A stretch of 32,000 nt of DNA, from positions 1,800,001 through 1,832,000 of the forward strand of contig NC_013967.1 of NCBI RefSeq assembly GCF_000025685.1. Direction: 5' to 3'. Below the pieces are notes generated by a model. It had not been told where the DNA came from. It made no database searches and saw only the letters and a program-made list of their open reading frames with translations. The translations under genes and the position numbers were made by a program. Positions 7,573 to 17,247 of the stretch are shown here, piece after piece. Within the stretch, counting starts at the first letter, position 1; every line of letters begins with the position of its first letter. The stretch comes from Haloferax volcanii DS2 (GTDB taxonomy: Archaea; Halobacteriota; Halobacteria; Halobacteriales; Haloferacaceae).

Positions 7573-8811
7573 ATGTCACGGAGTCCATCTCTCCCGGAAC
7601 GTCCTCATCTCGATCTGGACCCCGAGATGTCGGATGCAGAGCGGCTGTCTGCACTCCGCCAGCACTTCGAACGCATGGTCGACGTCAACCGCGAACTCGA
7701 CCAGCGGCTCCAGAACGCCGATGACCGCCACGCCGAGTTAGTCGACGAGGTCGACCAGATGAAAGCGCGCAACGAGGCGCTGAAGACGGCCTCGTACTAC
7801 ATCGCCACGGTCGAGGAGCTGACCGACGACGGCGTCATCATCAAGCAGCACGGCAACAACCAGGAGGTCCTGACCGAGTTCGCACCGAGCCTGAACATCG
7901 ACGACATCGAGCCCGGCGACCGCGTCGCCATCAACGACTCGTTCGCCGTCCAGACCGTCCTCGACGACGAGACGGACGCGCGGGCGCAGGCGATGGAGGT
8001 CGTCGAGTCACCAACGGTCACCTACGACGACATCGGCGGCATCGACGAGCAGGTCCGCGAGGTCCGCGAGGCGGTCGAACAACCCCTCGAAAACCCCGAG
8101 ATGTTCGCTGAGGTCGGCATCGACCCCCCGTCGGGCGTGCTCCTCTACGGCCCGCCGGGCACCGGGAAGACGATGCTCGCCAAGGCCGTCGCCAACGAGA
8201 CCAACGCCTCGTTCATCAAGATGGCCGGCTCCGAACTCGTCCAGAAGTTCATCGGCGAGGGCGCGCGGCTGGTCCGCGACCTGTTCAAGCTCGCCGCCGA
8301 GCGCGAACCGGTAGTCGTCTTTATCGACGAAATCGACGCCGTCGCCTCGAAGCGGACGGACTCGAAGACCTCCGGCGACGCCGAGGTCCAGCGCACGATG
8401 ATGCAACTGCTCTCGGAGATGGACGGCTTCGACGACCGCGGCGACATCCGCATCATCGCGGCGACCAACCGCTTCGACATGCTCGACGAGGCCATCCTCC
8501 GGCCCGGCCGGTTCGACCGCCTCATCGAGGTGCCCAAGCCCGCCGTCGAGGGACGCCGCCACATCCTCGACATCCACACCCGCGATATGAACGTCGCCGA
8601 CGACGTAGACCTCGACGCGCTCGCCGAGGAACTCGACGACTACTCCGGCGCGGACATCGCGTCGCTCACGACCGAGGCCGGGATGTTCGCCATCCGCGAC
8701 GGCCGGACCGAGGTGACGGGCGCGGACTTCGACGCAGCCCACGAGAAGCTCTCGAACGTCGACGAGTCCGGTACCGGCCCCATCTCGGGCTTCACGGACT
8801 ACCAGTACTGA
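7573..8811 (+). CDS. panB: Proteasome-activating nucleotidase (PAN), B paralog
   Basis: 412 aa with an N-terminal coiled coil, Walker A GPPGTGKT, Walker B VVFIDEID and AAA second region of homology. The length and N-terminus match my memory of Haloferax PanB. Confidence 0.93.
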   Translation: MSRSPSLPERPHLDLDPEMSDAERLSALRQHFERMVDVNRELDQRLQNADDRHAELVDEVDQMKARNEALKTASYYIATVEELTDDGVIIKQHGNNQEVLTEFAPSLNIDDIEPGDRVAINDSFAVQTVLDDETDARAQAMEVVESPTVTYDDIGGIDEQVREVREAVEQPLENPEMFAEVGIDPPSGVLLYGPPGTGKTMLAKAVANETNASFIKMAGSELVQKFIGEGARLVRDLFKLAAEREPVVVFIDEIDAVASKRTDSKTSGDAEVQRTMMQLLSEMDGFDDRGDIRIIAATNRFDMLDEAILRPGRFDRLIEVPKPAVEGRRHILDIHTRDMNVADDVDLDALAEELDDYSGADIASLTTEAGMFAIRDGRTEVTGADFDAAHEKLSNVDESGTGPISGFTDYQY

Positions 8812-8922
8812 GGTCGGCGGCCGGGGACCGCCGCCGGGGGCGGTCACGGACGCCACCCATTCCCCCAGCTTTCGAGAGCCGCTATTCGTAACCCCCTTTT
8901 CCGCCGCCGCGAGAGTTCGGAC

Positions 8923-9396
8923 ATGAACACGATTCGCGTCGTCCGCGGGGTCGGCACCGCCCCCACGGAGATGGCGTCGTACGACGCCGCGCTCGCCGCC
9001 GCCAACATCCACAACTACAACCTCGTCGCCGTCTCGTCGGTCGTCCCCGCCGACGCGACCGTCGAGGCGGTCGACGTGGCTCCCGACCTCGGCCCGGCGG
9101 GCAACCGACTGACCGTGGTGCAGGCCCGCGAGACCACCGCGACGCCCGGCGAGACGGTCGTCGCCGGCCTCGGCTGGGCGACCGGCTCCGGTCCCGGGCT
9201 GTTCTACGAGGCGTCCGGAACCGACGAAGACAGCGTCCGCGCGGCCGTCATCGACGGCCTCGAAGCGGGCCGGAACCTCCGAGAGTGGTCGTTCGATGAC
9301 GAGGAAGTCGCGCTCACCACCGGCACGCACGAGGGCGAGGGCTACACCACCGCGGTCACGGTCGCGGCCTACGGGCAAAGCGAGTCCGTCTTCTGA
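8923..9396 (+). CDS. pdaD: Pyruvoyl-dependent arginine decarboxylase
   Basis: 157 aa. NYNLVAVSSVVP contains the Ser-Ser self-processing site typical of PdaD, and the overall size is right. Confidence 0.9.
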   Translation: MNTIRVVRGVGTAPTEMASYDAALAAANIHNYNLVAVSSVVPADATVEAVDVAPDLGPAGNRLTVVQARETTATPGETVVAGLGWATGSGPGLFYEASGTDEDSVRAAVIDGLEAGRNLREWSFDDEEVALTTGTHEGEGYTTAVTVAAYGQSESVF

Positions 9397-9447
9397 CACG
9401 CCGCGCTGACCGACGGACTCATCAGCGTTTGTGAGTATTGCTCGGGC

Positions 9448-10332
9448 ATGAGTGGCGATGCGCCGTTCGACCTGTCCCCGAGGCGAGTGGCGCTCATCTA
9501 CGCCGCCTTCGGGTTCCTCTGGGTCGCGACGAGCGACAGTCTCGTGGCGGGGCTCCCCAACCACGACCTCATCCAGACGGTGAAGGGATGGCTGTTCGTC
9601 GTCCTGTCGGCGCTGTTGGTGTACGTTCTCGTCGACCGGAGCCAGTCCGAACTGGACCGGACCTCCGAGCAACTGGAGTCGACGCTCGCCCACACGAGCG
9701 TCCTCCATCGAATCCTCAGACACGACATCAGGAACGCCTGCACCGCCATTCTCGGCTACGCCGAACTGGTCGAGCCGCGGGACGACGCGGACGCGAACAC
9801 CGACCCCGTCGAGGCGATTCGAGAGCGAGCGAGCCGACTGGTCGAGGTGAGCGACGAGGTCGCGCTCCTCAGGACCGTCGAACTCGCGGAGGGGAACGAG
9901 GTCGACGTCGATCTCACGTCTGCGGTCACAGACGCCGTCGAGGACCTCGAAATGGAGTACCCGGCGGTACAGGTCTCGGTCGCCTCGCCGGAGACGCTCG
10001 TCGCGCGGGCGCACCCGGCGCTCCCGCGGAGCATCGCAGAACTACTCGATAACGCCGTCGTCCACTCCGACTGCGACGACCCGGAGGTACACGTCGGCGT
10101 CTGGCAGCTCGGCGAGGTCGTCGGGGTGACCGTCACCGACAACGGTCCCGGCATCCCGGACGCCGAGCGCGAGGCCCTGCTTTCGGGCTCGGAGACGCCG
10201 CTTTCGCACACCAGCGGCGTCGGCCTCTGGCTGGTCCGCGCCATCGTCGACGCCTCCGGCGGGTCGCTCGACATCTCGACGCCGAAGTCCCACGGGACCG
10301 TCGTCACCGTCTCGCTTCCGCGACCGGCCTGA
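9448..10332 (+). CDS. Membrane-anchored sensor histidine kinase (orphan)
   Basis: Two N-terminal hydrophobic segments, the H-box HRILRHDIRNACTAILGYAE, and HATPase_c motifs DNGPGIP and GVGLWLV. I see no response regulator next to it. Confidence 0.87.
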   Translation: MSGDAPFDLSPRRVALIYAAFGFLWVATSDSLVAGLPNHDLIQTVKGWLFVVLSALLVYVLVDRSQSELDRTSEQLESTLAHTSVLHRILRHDIRNACTAILGYAELVEPRDDADANTDPVEAIRERASRLVEVSDEVALLRTVELAEGNEVDVDLTSAVTDAVEDLEMEYPAVQVSVASPETLVARAHPALPRSIAELLDNAVVHSDCDDPEVHVGVWQLGEVVGVTVTDNGPGIPDAEREALLSGSETPLSHTSGVGLWLVRAIVDASGGSLDISTPKSHGTVVTVSLPRPA

Positions 10333-10336
10333 CGGC

Positions 10337-10388
10337 GTCGTCACCACGTCGTCACCACGTCGTCACCACGTCGTCACCACGTCGTCAT
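10337..10388. repeat. 11-bp direct tandem repeat GTCGTCACCAC, four perfect copies plus a degenerate fifth (GTCGTCAT)
   Basis: Read directly. Units lie at 10337-10347, 10348-10358, 10359-10369 and 10370-10380, with a partial unit from 10381. The array starts 5 nt after the histidine kinase stop. The period is not a multiple of 3, so it is non-coding. Confidence 0.92.
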
Positions 10389-10463
10389 CCGCTTTCGATT
10401 CGCCCGCCGCGTCGGTGACCGACGACGGCTTTTTACACGTCCTTCCCGTATCGCAGACGACTG

Positions 10464-10847
10464 ATGAACGGGAACAACCCATATGCGGGCGCTCCCGGCG
10501 TGACCGGGGCCGGCCAGGCGTCGGCCGACCGAGAACTGACCGTCGACCAGATGGACGCGCTCCGGCGGGCCGTCGCCGGTATCGTCTCGCGGACGGAGTC
10601 GTACCTCCCCGAGGGGTTCGCCGTCGGCTCTGAGCTCTCGACCGGGGCGAACGGACCGCTGGCGACCGTGGCCGTCCACCCGCCGGTCGGCCACCCCGTC
10701 AGCGCCGGCTTCTCGCCCGACGCCGACGACCTCGACGCCGGACTCACCGACGAGGACCGCAACGAGGTCGCCCGCGGGCTCGCCGCCAGCGCGGCGTTTC
10801 AGGTGATGAGCGCCGTCGGCGACGACCTCACCCCCGCCGCTCGGTAA
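10464..10847 (+). CDS. Conserved-looking acidic hypothetical protein (127 aa)
   Basis: ATG start, acidic composition and high GC3. I recognised no family motif with certainty. Confidence 0.65.
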   Translation: MNGNNPYAGAPGVTGAGQASADRELTVDQMDALRRAVAGIVSRTESYLPEGFAVGSELSTGANGPLATVAVHPPVGHPVSAGFSPDADDLDAGLTDEDRNEVARGLAASAAFQVMSAVGDDLTPAAR

Positions 10848-11020
10848 CCCCGAACCACCCCTGTCGCCGTCGGGGTCCGAGTGGCCACTGACGCGCGGTT
10901 GCGCCCTGCCGACCGCTTTCTCGTTGCTGTTCCATCGCCTCGGCCTGCGTTTCAGCGCCGCACTCTCGTCACTTCAGAACGAGAACAATACACTTCACGG
11001 AGGCGGTCGAAAGAGGAAGT

Positions 11021-11182
11021 ATGGCTTCGATTTTCAACTACGCGGACGAGATTGGTCCGACGACGCTCATCATCGTCGGCTTCCTGCTGTTTGTCTTCCC
11101 CGAACCGGCGACTTCGGCTCTCGGCGCGGGGCTAATGCTGTTCGGCGCGGCGTACTGGTTCTGGGAGTGGAACCGCCCCTGA
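11021..11182 (+). CDS. Small membrane protein, 53 aa, two predicted TM helices (not in the supplied ORF track)
   Basis: My own translation: MASIFNYADEIGPTTLIIVGFLLFVFPEPATSALGAGLMLFGAAYWFWEWNRP. GC3 is about 83 percent (44 of 53 codons). A GAGGA Shine-Dalgarno-like element lies 4-5 nt upstream and GGAGG lies further upstream. Confidence 0.58.
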   Translation: MASIFNYADEIGPTTLIIVGFLLFVFPEPATSALGAGLMLFGAAYWFWEWNRP

Positions 11183-11207
11183 GCGCAAGGCGAGCGAGCG
11201 ACCCCGC

Positions 11208-11531
11208 TCAGACGCTCCCGCGACGACGGTTCCGACCGGCGTCGTCGCGGACGCGAGTGGTGACGCCGTCGAGCGGGGCGTCGGTCTCGGCGGACGCGCC
11301 CGGGCCGCTGGTCGGACCCGCCGCCGACTTCGGTGTCGCAACGAACAACCCGTAGGCGAGCACGGCTGCCGAGATGAGGCCGCTCGCGCCCACGACGGGC
11401 GAAATCGGGAGCGGCGAGAGCGCGCCGACCGCCGCACCGACGACGAGCGGGAGCGGTAGTGTCGCGAGAATGGCGTCGTACCGCGTCGCTTCTGAGACGA
11501 TGCTGTCGCTATGGGATGTTCGTGTGCGCAT
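11208..11531 (-). CDS. Hypothetical membrane protein (107 aa, two hydrophobic segments)
   Basis: ATG at 11529-11531. Hydrophobic stretches AILATLPLPLVVGAAVGAL and GLISAAVLAYGLFVA. An AT-rich element (aatatta, 11563-11569) lies upstream. Confidence 0.55.
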   Translation of the reverse strand: MRTRTSHSDSIVSEATRYDAILATLPLPLVVGAAVGALSPLPISPVVGASGLISAAVLAYGLFVATPKSAAGPTSGPGASAETDAPLDGVTTRVRDDAGRNRRRGSV

Positions 11532-11648
11532 GATACCACTCGGCGGCGAGTACGAACGTGTGAATATTAGCTATTTCGCCCGACGGGACGGGGGCTGCGG
11601 CTCATGGGTGCGGTGAATCAACGGAACAATCGGGGCGCGGTTAGTCGC

Positions 11649-13451
11649 CTATTTGCCCCAGAAGGGGTCGCGCCGGCGGTGCTTTTCGAGGTAGCCCGAC
11701 AGCGCCTCCAGTTCGTCGGTGGGGATGTCGTCGCGGAGTTCCTGTTCGAGAATCTTCGCGTGCTTCTCGGGGAGTTCGATCCAGAGTTCGTCGCCCTCCG
11801 CTATCTGGCGGCCGACCGTCGGGCCGTCGATGGCGACGCTGACGCGCGAGCCGGCGCGGGCGCTCGACACGTCCTCGCCGTTCTCCTGGATGCCCGAGAG
11901 CTGGCCGACGCGGTTGGGTTCGCCGTCTTCCCACTTCACGACGTTCATGTTGTTCTTGATGGTCCCGGACATGACTTCGACGCCGACGACGGCGGGGTTG
12001 TTCTGCCGGAAGACGTGGTCCTGAAGGATGCGGAAGCGACACGGACGGACGATTTTGTCGAGAATCGTCTCCTGTTGGGCGCGCTTCATCTCGTTGACGT
12101 GGTCTTCGTACTCCTCGACGAGCTGATAGATAACGTCGTCTTCGAACAGTTTCACGTCGTTCTTGTCGAGTTCGGCCTCGGCGTTCGAGAGCACGTCCAC
12201 GTTGAACCCGAGGATGACCTTGTGTTCGGGTTCGCGGGCGGTCGAGGCGACGGCCACGTCGCGCGGGGCCACGTCACCGACCTCGGCGCGGAGGATGGGG
12301 ACCTCGGCCTCCTGTAAGGCGTTCGCCATGGCTTCGAGGCTGCCGAGGGTGTCGGCCTTGACGACGACGCCCTCTTCTTCCGTGGTGACCTCGATGTCCG
12401 CGAGTTCGGCTTCGACCTCGCGGACGACCTCGTCGAGGTCGCGGTCGCCGACGACGCGGACCGGCGCGCCGGCCATCGCGTCTTCGAGGTCGGGCGCGGC
12501 GATTTTCACGCCGGCCGCGGCGCGGACCTCCTCGACCTTGTCGAACCGCTTTTCGGTGCGAATCTCGGCGTTCGGCCGGGGTTGGAGGAGCGCGCGGACC
12601 TCGGTGACGATGGGGTCGTTCGCGCCGCCGACGACGACGGTGTCGCCCGCGCGAATCGTCCCGTCGTAGAGGACCACGTCGAGGGTCGCGCCGAAGCCGC
12701 GTTCCTCCTTGACTTCGAGGACCGTCCCGGAGCCGGGACCGGCCACGTCGATGGCCATCTCGTCTTTCATGTAGCGCTGCGAGAGTCCCATCAGGACGCC
12801 CAGCAGGTCCGGAATCCCCTCGCCGGTGAGCGCGGAGACGGGAACGACGCCGATGTTGGACTGGAAGTTCTGGACGCGCCAGTAGAAGTCGGAGGAAAAG
12901 CCCCGGTCGGAGAGTTCACCGATAATCTCGTACAGCTTCTCGTCGAGTTTCGAGCGCGCGCGCTGTGACTGCTCCTCGTAGGTCTTCTGGATGGGTGCCC
13001 CCTCTTGGGGGTTCCAGCCCGGCGTGGTGTCTATCTTGTTCGCGGCCACGATGAACGGCGTCCCCGTCCGCTTGAGGATGTCGATTGCCTCCTCGGTCTG
13101 CGGCTGGAAGCTGTCGTTCACGTCGACCACGAGGATGGCGATGTCGGCCAGCGCCCCGCCGCGCGAGCGGAGGGTGCTGAAGGAGTGGTGCCCCGGCGTG
13201 TCGATGAACAACAGCCCCGGGAGGTCGAAGTCCTCGGGTTTGACCAGGCTGCCGGCCATCTGCGAGACGGTGTCTAAGGGGACCGCGGTCGCGCCGATGT
13301 GCTGGGTGATAGCACCGGCCTCACCCTCGCTGACGGCGGAGCCGCGAATCTTGTCGAGAAGACTCGTCTTCCCGTGGTCCACGTGGCCGAGGACGGCCAC
13401 GATGGGTGTGCGAAGCGTATCGGATTGTGACGTCGAATCAGTGTCGGACAT
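11649..13451 (-). CDS. infB: Translation initiation factor aIF5B (IF-2 homolog)
   Basis: 600 aa with GTPase motifs [13 protein letters not shown] and NKID. The domain order is typical of aIF5B. Confidence 0.95.
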   Translation of the reverse strand: MSDTDSTSQSDTLRTPIVAVLGHVDHGKTSLLDKIRGSAVSEGEAGAITQHIGATAVPLDTVSQMAGSLVKPEDFDLPGLLFIDTPGHHSFSTLRSRGGALADIAILVVDVNDSFQPQTEEAIDILKRTGTPFIVAANKIDTTPGWNPQEGAPIQKTYEEQSQRARSKLDEKLYEIIGELSDRGFSSDFYWRVQNFQSNIGVVPVSALTGEGIPDLLGVLMGLSQRYMKDEMAIDVAGPGSGTVLEVKEERGFGATLDVVLYDGTIRAGDTVVVGGANDPIVTEVRALLQPRPNAEIRTEKRFDKVEEVRAAAGVKIAAPDLEDAMAGAPVRVVGDRDLDEVVREVEAELADIEVTTEEEGVVVKADTLGSLEAMANALQEAEVPILRAEVGDVAPRDVAVASTAREPEHKVILGFNVDVLSNAEAELDKNDVKLFEDDVIYQLVEEYEDHVNEMKRAQQETILDKIVRPCRFRILQDHVFRQNNPAVVGVEVMSGTIKNNMNVVKWEDGEPNRVGQLSGIQENGEDVSSARAGSRVSVAIDGPTVGRQIAEGDELWIELPEKHAKILEQELRDDIPTDELEALSGYLEKHRRRDPFWGK

Positions 13452-13619
13452 GAAGAATCGCCCCGGAGAAAGCTCTTACCGGAATCGAGTCGGTGACTCA
13501 AGTTAAGTCCATCGTCACGGCCGCGCGCACGAATCCCACGATTTGCCGTGTCGACTGTTCTCGCGGCCCGCAGGCGGGACGGGGGGTTCGTCGGCCGCTC
13601 GTCAGACGTGCCCGTACCG

Positions 13620-13625
13620 TTTATG
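13620..13625 (+). promoter_or_regulatory. TATA-like TTTATG about 27 nt upstream of the PRC-barrel ATG (leaderless geometry)
   Basis: tttatg at 13620-13625, ATG at 13650. Confidence 0.4.
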
Positions 13626-13649
13626 TGAACCGACGAGGAAGGGGTGTGT

Positions 13650-13895
13650 ATGGCCGACATACTCGCCGAGAACCTCTCCGGAAAGGCCGTTATGGGCTCG
13701 GACGGGACGGAGCTCGGGATGCTGTACAACATCACGATGGATATGAAATCGGGCGAGCTGCACGACCTGCTCGTCCAGCCGAACGAGCAAATCTCCCCCG
13801 GACGCGTCTCGTTCGACCAGGACGACCACGGACGGTTCCGAGTCCCGGTGAATCGCGTGCAGGCGGTCAAGGATTACATCGTCGTCCAACGGTAG
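13650..13895 (+). CDS. PRC-barrel domain protein
   Basis: MADILAENLSGKAVMGSDGTELGMLYNITMDMKSGELHDLLV... is a typical small archaeal PRC-barrel. ATG 13650 is preferred over the GTG at 13644. Confidence 0.8.
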   Translation: MADILAENLSGKAVMGSDGTELGMLYNITMDMKSGELHDLLVQPNEQISPGRVSFDQDDHGRFRVPVNRVQAVKDYIVVQR

Positions 13896-13913
13896 ATTCA
13901 GGATAGATTCTCA

Positions 13914-14372
13914 ATGCGGATTCTCGACGCGTCTGCGTTCATCCACGAGTACCACACCGACGACGAGACGGCCTCGATTCCCCTCGTCAAAGAAGAACTC
14001 ACCGGCGAGCACGCCTTCCGCTTCGACGCCCTCGAAGGCGCGGGCATGCACGTCCACATCCCCGGACAGGGAACCGTGGACAAGGTGCTCCGCGCCGCGG
14101 GCGAGACCGGCGACCGCGACGTGCTCTCGGAGACCGACACGCGCCTCATCGCCGCCGCGTTCGAACTCGACGCGACGCTCGTCACCGACGACTACGCGAT
14201 GCAGAACGTCGCCGAACGGCTCAACGTCGGCGTCGAAGTCATCGCCCAAGACGGCATCGCGGAACAGCGAACTTGGAAGTTCCAGTGTCAGGGCTGCGGC
14301 CGCGAGTTCGACGAGGACAAAGAGCGCTGTCCCATCTGCGGGATGGAGCTGTCGCGGAAGAACCCGGCATAA
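13914..14372 (+). CDS. NOB1-like endonuclease (PIN domain plus C-terminal zinc ribbon)
   Basis: The N-terminal ILDASAFI and LVTDDYAMQNVA are PIN-like. The C-terminal CQGCGREF...CPICG is a zinc ribbon. It sits in the conserved infB / PRC-barrel neighbourhood. Confidence 0.84.
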   Translation: MRILDASAFIHEYHTDDETASIPLVKEELTGEHAFRFDALEGAGMHVHIPGQGTVDKVLRAAGETGDRDVLSETDTRLIAAAFELDATLVTDDYAMQNVAERLNVGVEVIAQDGIAEQRTWKFQCQGCGREFDEDKERCPICGMELSRKNPA

Positions 14373-14405
14373 GCCGGTCGCCGCCCGCGGTTCGATGCCG
14401 CTTTT

Positions 14406-15143
14406 TCAGACCAGTCCGGTCGCCTGCGCGTAGCTCACGAGGAACTGGACCGCGTTGTACAGCCCGTGGACCAGCGCGACGACGAGCAGGTTCCCGCTTC
14501 GCTCGTAGACGACCGCGAGGACGCTCCCGAGGACGAGCACCATCCCCAACGAGACGTACAGCCCCTCGCCGGAGAACGACCAGAGGTGAATCGACGCGAA
14601 CACCAGACTCGACAGGACGACCGCCGGGGCGGGCCCCCACAGCCGCCGGAGTTCGCCGAAGGCGATGCCGCGGAAGATAAGCTCCTCCGCCGGACCGACG
14701 AGGACGATGGTGACGACCGTGAGATACAGGAAGTACACCGGGTTCTCGCGGCCCTGCTGGGCGATGACGCTGTCGCCGCTCTGGATGCCGAGCGCGGACA
14801 TCAGCGCCGACGCGCCGAGGTAGACGCCCATCACGGCGACGAACCCCCCCGCAATCCACAGGGCGTCGCGCGCGGTCGGTCGCTCGAACCGAATCAGCTC
14901 CCAGTCGTCGCGCATGGAGAGGTAGCCCGCGCCGACGACGCCGAAGCCGACGAACTGTCCGGCGCTCTCTATCGCGCCGATGAGCGCGGTATCGCCCGGA
15001 ACTACGCCGCGAGCGAGGCCGCCGGCGAGCGAGCCGAACGTCGCGCCGACGAGGAGCGAAAGGGCGACGACGATGATGATGCCACCGTACGCCTGGAGGT
15101 GGTCTGCGAGGCTCGCAGACGTGCGGGCGGTGTCGTGTGCCAT
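14406..15143 (-). CDS. CPBP family intramembrane glutamic endopeptidase (CAAX protease-like)
   Basis: Motifs EELIFRG, FASIHLW and ALVHGLYNAVQF. Multi-pass membrane protein. ATG 15141-15143 is preferred (MAHDTARTS...), and a TATA-like ATTATC (15168-15173) lies 27 nt upstream. Confidence 0.84.
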   Translation of the reverse strand: MAHDTARTSASLADHLQAYGGIIIVVALSLLVGATFGSLAGGLARGVVPGDTALIGAIESAGQFVGFGVVGAGYLSMRDDWELIRFERPTARDALWIAGGFVAVMGVYLGASALMSALGIQSGDSVIAQQGRENPVYFLYLTVVTIVLVGPAEELIFRGIAFGELRRLWGPAPAVVLSSLVFASIHLWSFSGEGLYVSLGMVLVLGSVLAVVYERSGNLLVVALVHGLYNAVQFLVSYAQATGLV

Positions 15144-15284
15144 TGTCCCCCCTTCGGAATGGGGTCGGATAATCGATTCGGGTCGGGTATCGGTTTTCTG
15201 CGGTGGTGATTCGTCCGCCGTCGGAACGGGGTGCAGTACCGACGGCACCTCGAAAGCCCCCGCGGACTGTTCGGTCGTCGTCGC

Positions 15285-15301
15285 AAAAGCCGAGTCTCGG
15301 C
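15285..15301 (-). terminator. Short hairpin GCCGA-GAC-UCGGC followed by UUUU, 29 nt downstream of the pgi stop
   Basis: The plus strand reads aaaa (15285-15288) then gccgagtctcggc (15289-15301). Confidence 0.45.
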
Positions 15302-15329
15302 CGTGGTCGCCGTGCGCCGCTCGCTCCGA

Positions 15330-16622
15330 CTACTCGACGACCAGCCGCGACTTCTCTTCGACCGCGTCGGCCTCCTCGAAGTCGCCGCCGCCGAGCAGGC
15401 CGCGGGCGGCGCGTTTGCCCCACTCGACCGCCGGCTGGACGAACGTGTCCACGCTGGCGAGTTCGCCGTAGAGGACGCAGGCGGCCTCCATCGCGTAGAG
15501 CAGTTCGCCGAGGCCGTACTCGTCGACGCGGTCGAGTTCGATGCGGACGCTCGGACGGCCGGCGGCGGCGAGGCTCGCCTCGGTCGCCTCGAACTCGGCG
15601 TCGAGCAGGTCACCGAGCGACGAGCCGCCGAGGTACGCGAGGCCGTCGAGGTCGGTCTCGGGGATGGCGACGTCCTCGCGCTCCGTGGCGCGGACGAGCG
15701 TCACGAGCTTGTCGCGCGGGCCGGCGCGGTACAGTTGAAGCTGGGAGTGCTGGTCGGTCGCGCCGAGCGCCCGCAGGGGCGTCTGGCCGAGGCCGTCCTT
15801 CCCGAGCGACTCGGCCCACAGCTGGGCGAACCACTCGGAGAACGTTTCGAGCGACTCCGCGTAGGGCATCATCGCGTTCTGCTGCATGCCGCGCTCGGCG
15901 AGCGCGTAGGACACCGCGCCGTAGGCGTACGCCGGCGAGTCGAAAAGCGAGTCAGACAGGCGCGCTTCCTGTGCGGCCGCGCCCTCCAAGACCGCCTCGA
16001 TGTCGTGACCGCAGAGGGCGGCGGCGGCGAGGCCGACCGTCGAGAGCACCGAAAACCGACCGGGGACGCCGTCGGGGACGGGGAGCGACGGGAGGTCGTG
16101 TTTGTCCGCGAGGTCGCGGAGGTTCCCCTCCTCGCCGGTCGTGACGAACGTCCGGTCGGTCCAGTCGACGCCCGCGTCGGCCATGGCCTCTCGGACGACG
16201 AGGAAGTTCGCCAGCGTCTCGGCGGTCGTGCCGGACCGCGAGACGACGTTGACGACGGTCGACGCGAGGTCGAGCGAGTCGAGGAGACGTTCGACGGCCT
16301 CGGGGTCGACGTTGTCGAGGTAGTAGGCGTCCACGTCGCTTTCGAGCGCGTCGGTGAGGGTGGCCGCGCCGAGGGCGCTCCCGCCGATGCCGACCGTGAC
16401 GACCGCCGAGGGGTCGTCGAACCGGCTCACTGCGTCGCGAATCGCCGCGGGGTCGGTGGTGTTCGGGAGGTTCAGCGATTCGTAGCCGTGTTCGCCGGCC
16501 GCTCGGCCGCGTTCGATGCGGTCGTGAGCGGCCGCGACGCGGTCGTCGAGTCGGTCGAGCGCCTCGCGCGAGACGCCGTGGGCCGGCGCCGTGTCGAGGA
16601 CGTTTCCGAGGTCTACCTGCAT
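15330..16622 (-). CDS. pgi: Glucose-6-phosphate isomerase
   Basis: 430 aa from ATG 16620-16622 (MQVDLGNVLD...). Contains the SIS motif GIGGSALG and a PGI family C-terminal region. The 197-codon upstream extension in the track is Arg/Asp-rich shadow sequence. Confidence 0.92.
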   Translation of the reverse strand: MQVDLGNVLDTAPAHGVSREALDRLDDRVAAAHDRIERGRAAGEHGYESLNLPNTTDPAAIRDAVSRFDDPSAVVTVGIGGSALGAATLTDALESDVDAYYLDNVDPEAVERLLDSLDLASTVVNVVSRSGTTAETLANFLVVREAMADAGVDWTDRTFVTTGEEGNLRDLADKHDLPSLPVPDGVPGRFSVLSTVGLAAAALCGHDIEAVLEGAAAQEARLSDSLFDSPAYAYGAVSYALAERGMQQNAMMPYAESLETFSEWFAQLWAESLGKDGLGQTPLRALGATDQHSQLQLYRAGPRDKLVTLVRATEREDVAIPETDLDGLAYLGGSSLGDLLDAEFEATEASLAAAGRPSVRIELDRVDEYGLGELLYAMEAACVLYGELASVDTFVQPAVEWGKRAARGLLGGGDFEEADAVEEKSRLVVE

Positions 16623-16694
16623 ACCGGATGCCGCGTCGCCCGGCGTCAAAACGACACCGGTCGCTTTAATCGCGGCCGCTCCCAAGGGCGACCG

Positions 16695-17228
16695 ATGGCA
16701 GACGACTACGGCGGCGTCATCGGCGCGTTCCCGTACGCCTTCCGGCACAGCGAGTCGTGGCTGTTCAAGTGCTACGTGCTCGTCGGTGCGCTGGCGACGG
16801 GCATCGTCTCGTTGTTCGTCGCCTTCGGACTCGTGGTCCTCATCGGCGCGACCGCCGGCGTCCCCGGCGGGTCGCTCACCCTCTCGCGGTCGTTCTACGT
16901 CCTCGTGGGGCTGTTCGTCGTCGCGCCGCTCGTCGCCCCGATACTGTTCGTCGCCCGCCGACACCGCCGCACCGGGTCGAAGCCGCGGTACGACCTGAGC
17001 CTCGCGCTCGCGGGCTTCGTGTTCATGCTGTCGGTGTACGTGGGGCTTCTCGCGTCGGTGCCGGCGGAGCTTCAGACGCCGGCCGAGCCGTTCACCGTGG
17101 GCCCCGTGACCGTCTCGGCGCTCGTTCCGGTCGTCCGACTCCTCTACGACCTGCCCGCGCTCTACGGCCTCGTCCCGCCGGTCGCGTGCGCGGCGGGCAT
17201 CTACGGGATTCACCGACTGCTTCGCTAA
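16695..17228 (+). CDS. Hypothetical integral membrane protein (177 aa, about 4 TM)
   Basis: ATG at 16695 (MADDYGGVIGAFPYAF...) with four long hydrophobic segments. It is divergent from pgi across a 72-bp spacer. Confidence 0.7.
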   Translation: MADDYGGVIGAFPYAFRHSESWLFKCYVLVGALATGIVSLFVAFGLVVLIGATAGVPGGSLTLSRSFYVLVGLFVVAPLVAPILFVARRHRRTGSKPRYDLSLALAGFVFMLSVYVGLLASVPAELQTPAEPFTVGPVTVSALVPVVRLLYDLPALYGLVPPVACAAGIYGIHRLLR

Positions 17229-17247
17229 CCGCGACCCGCGCGTTTTC

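Noticed and set aside
10337-10388. The tandem repeat as a CRISPR array or coding repeat.
   Set aside because: The units are 11 bp and directly abutting with no spacers, and there are no cas genes. The period is not a multiple of three, and the array lies between a stop codon and the next start.
13893-13910. Direct repeat TAGATTC(agga)TAGATTC between the PRC-barrel and NOB1 genes, and the direct repeat GCTCCCGTCGCT at 27431 and 27461 after the EamA gene.
   Set aside because: Both are short (7 and 12 nt), have only two copies each, and have no supporting context. They could easily be chance or simple spacer features.
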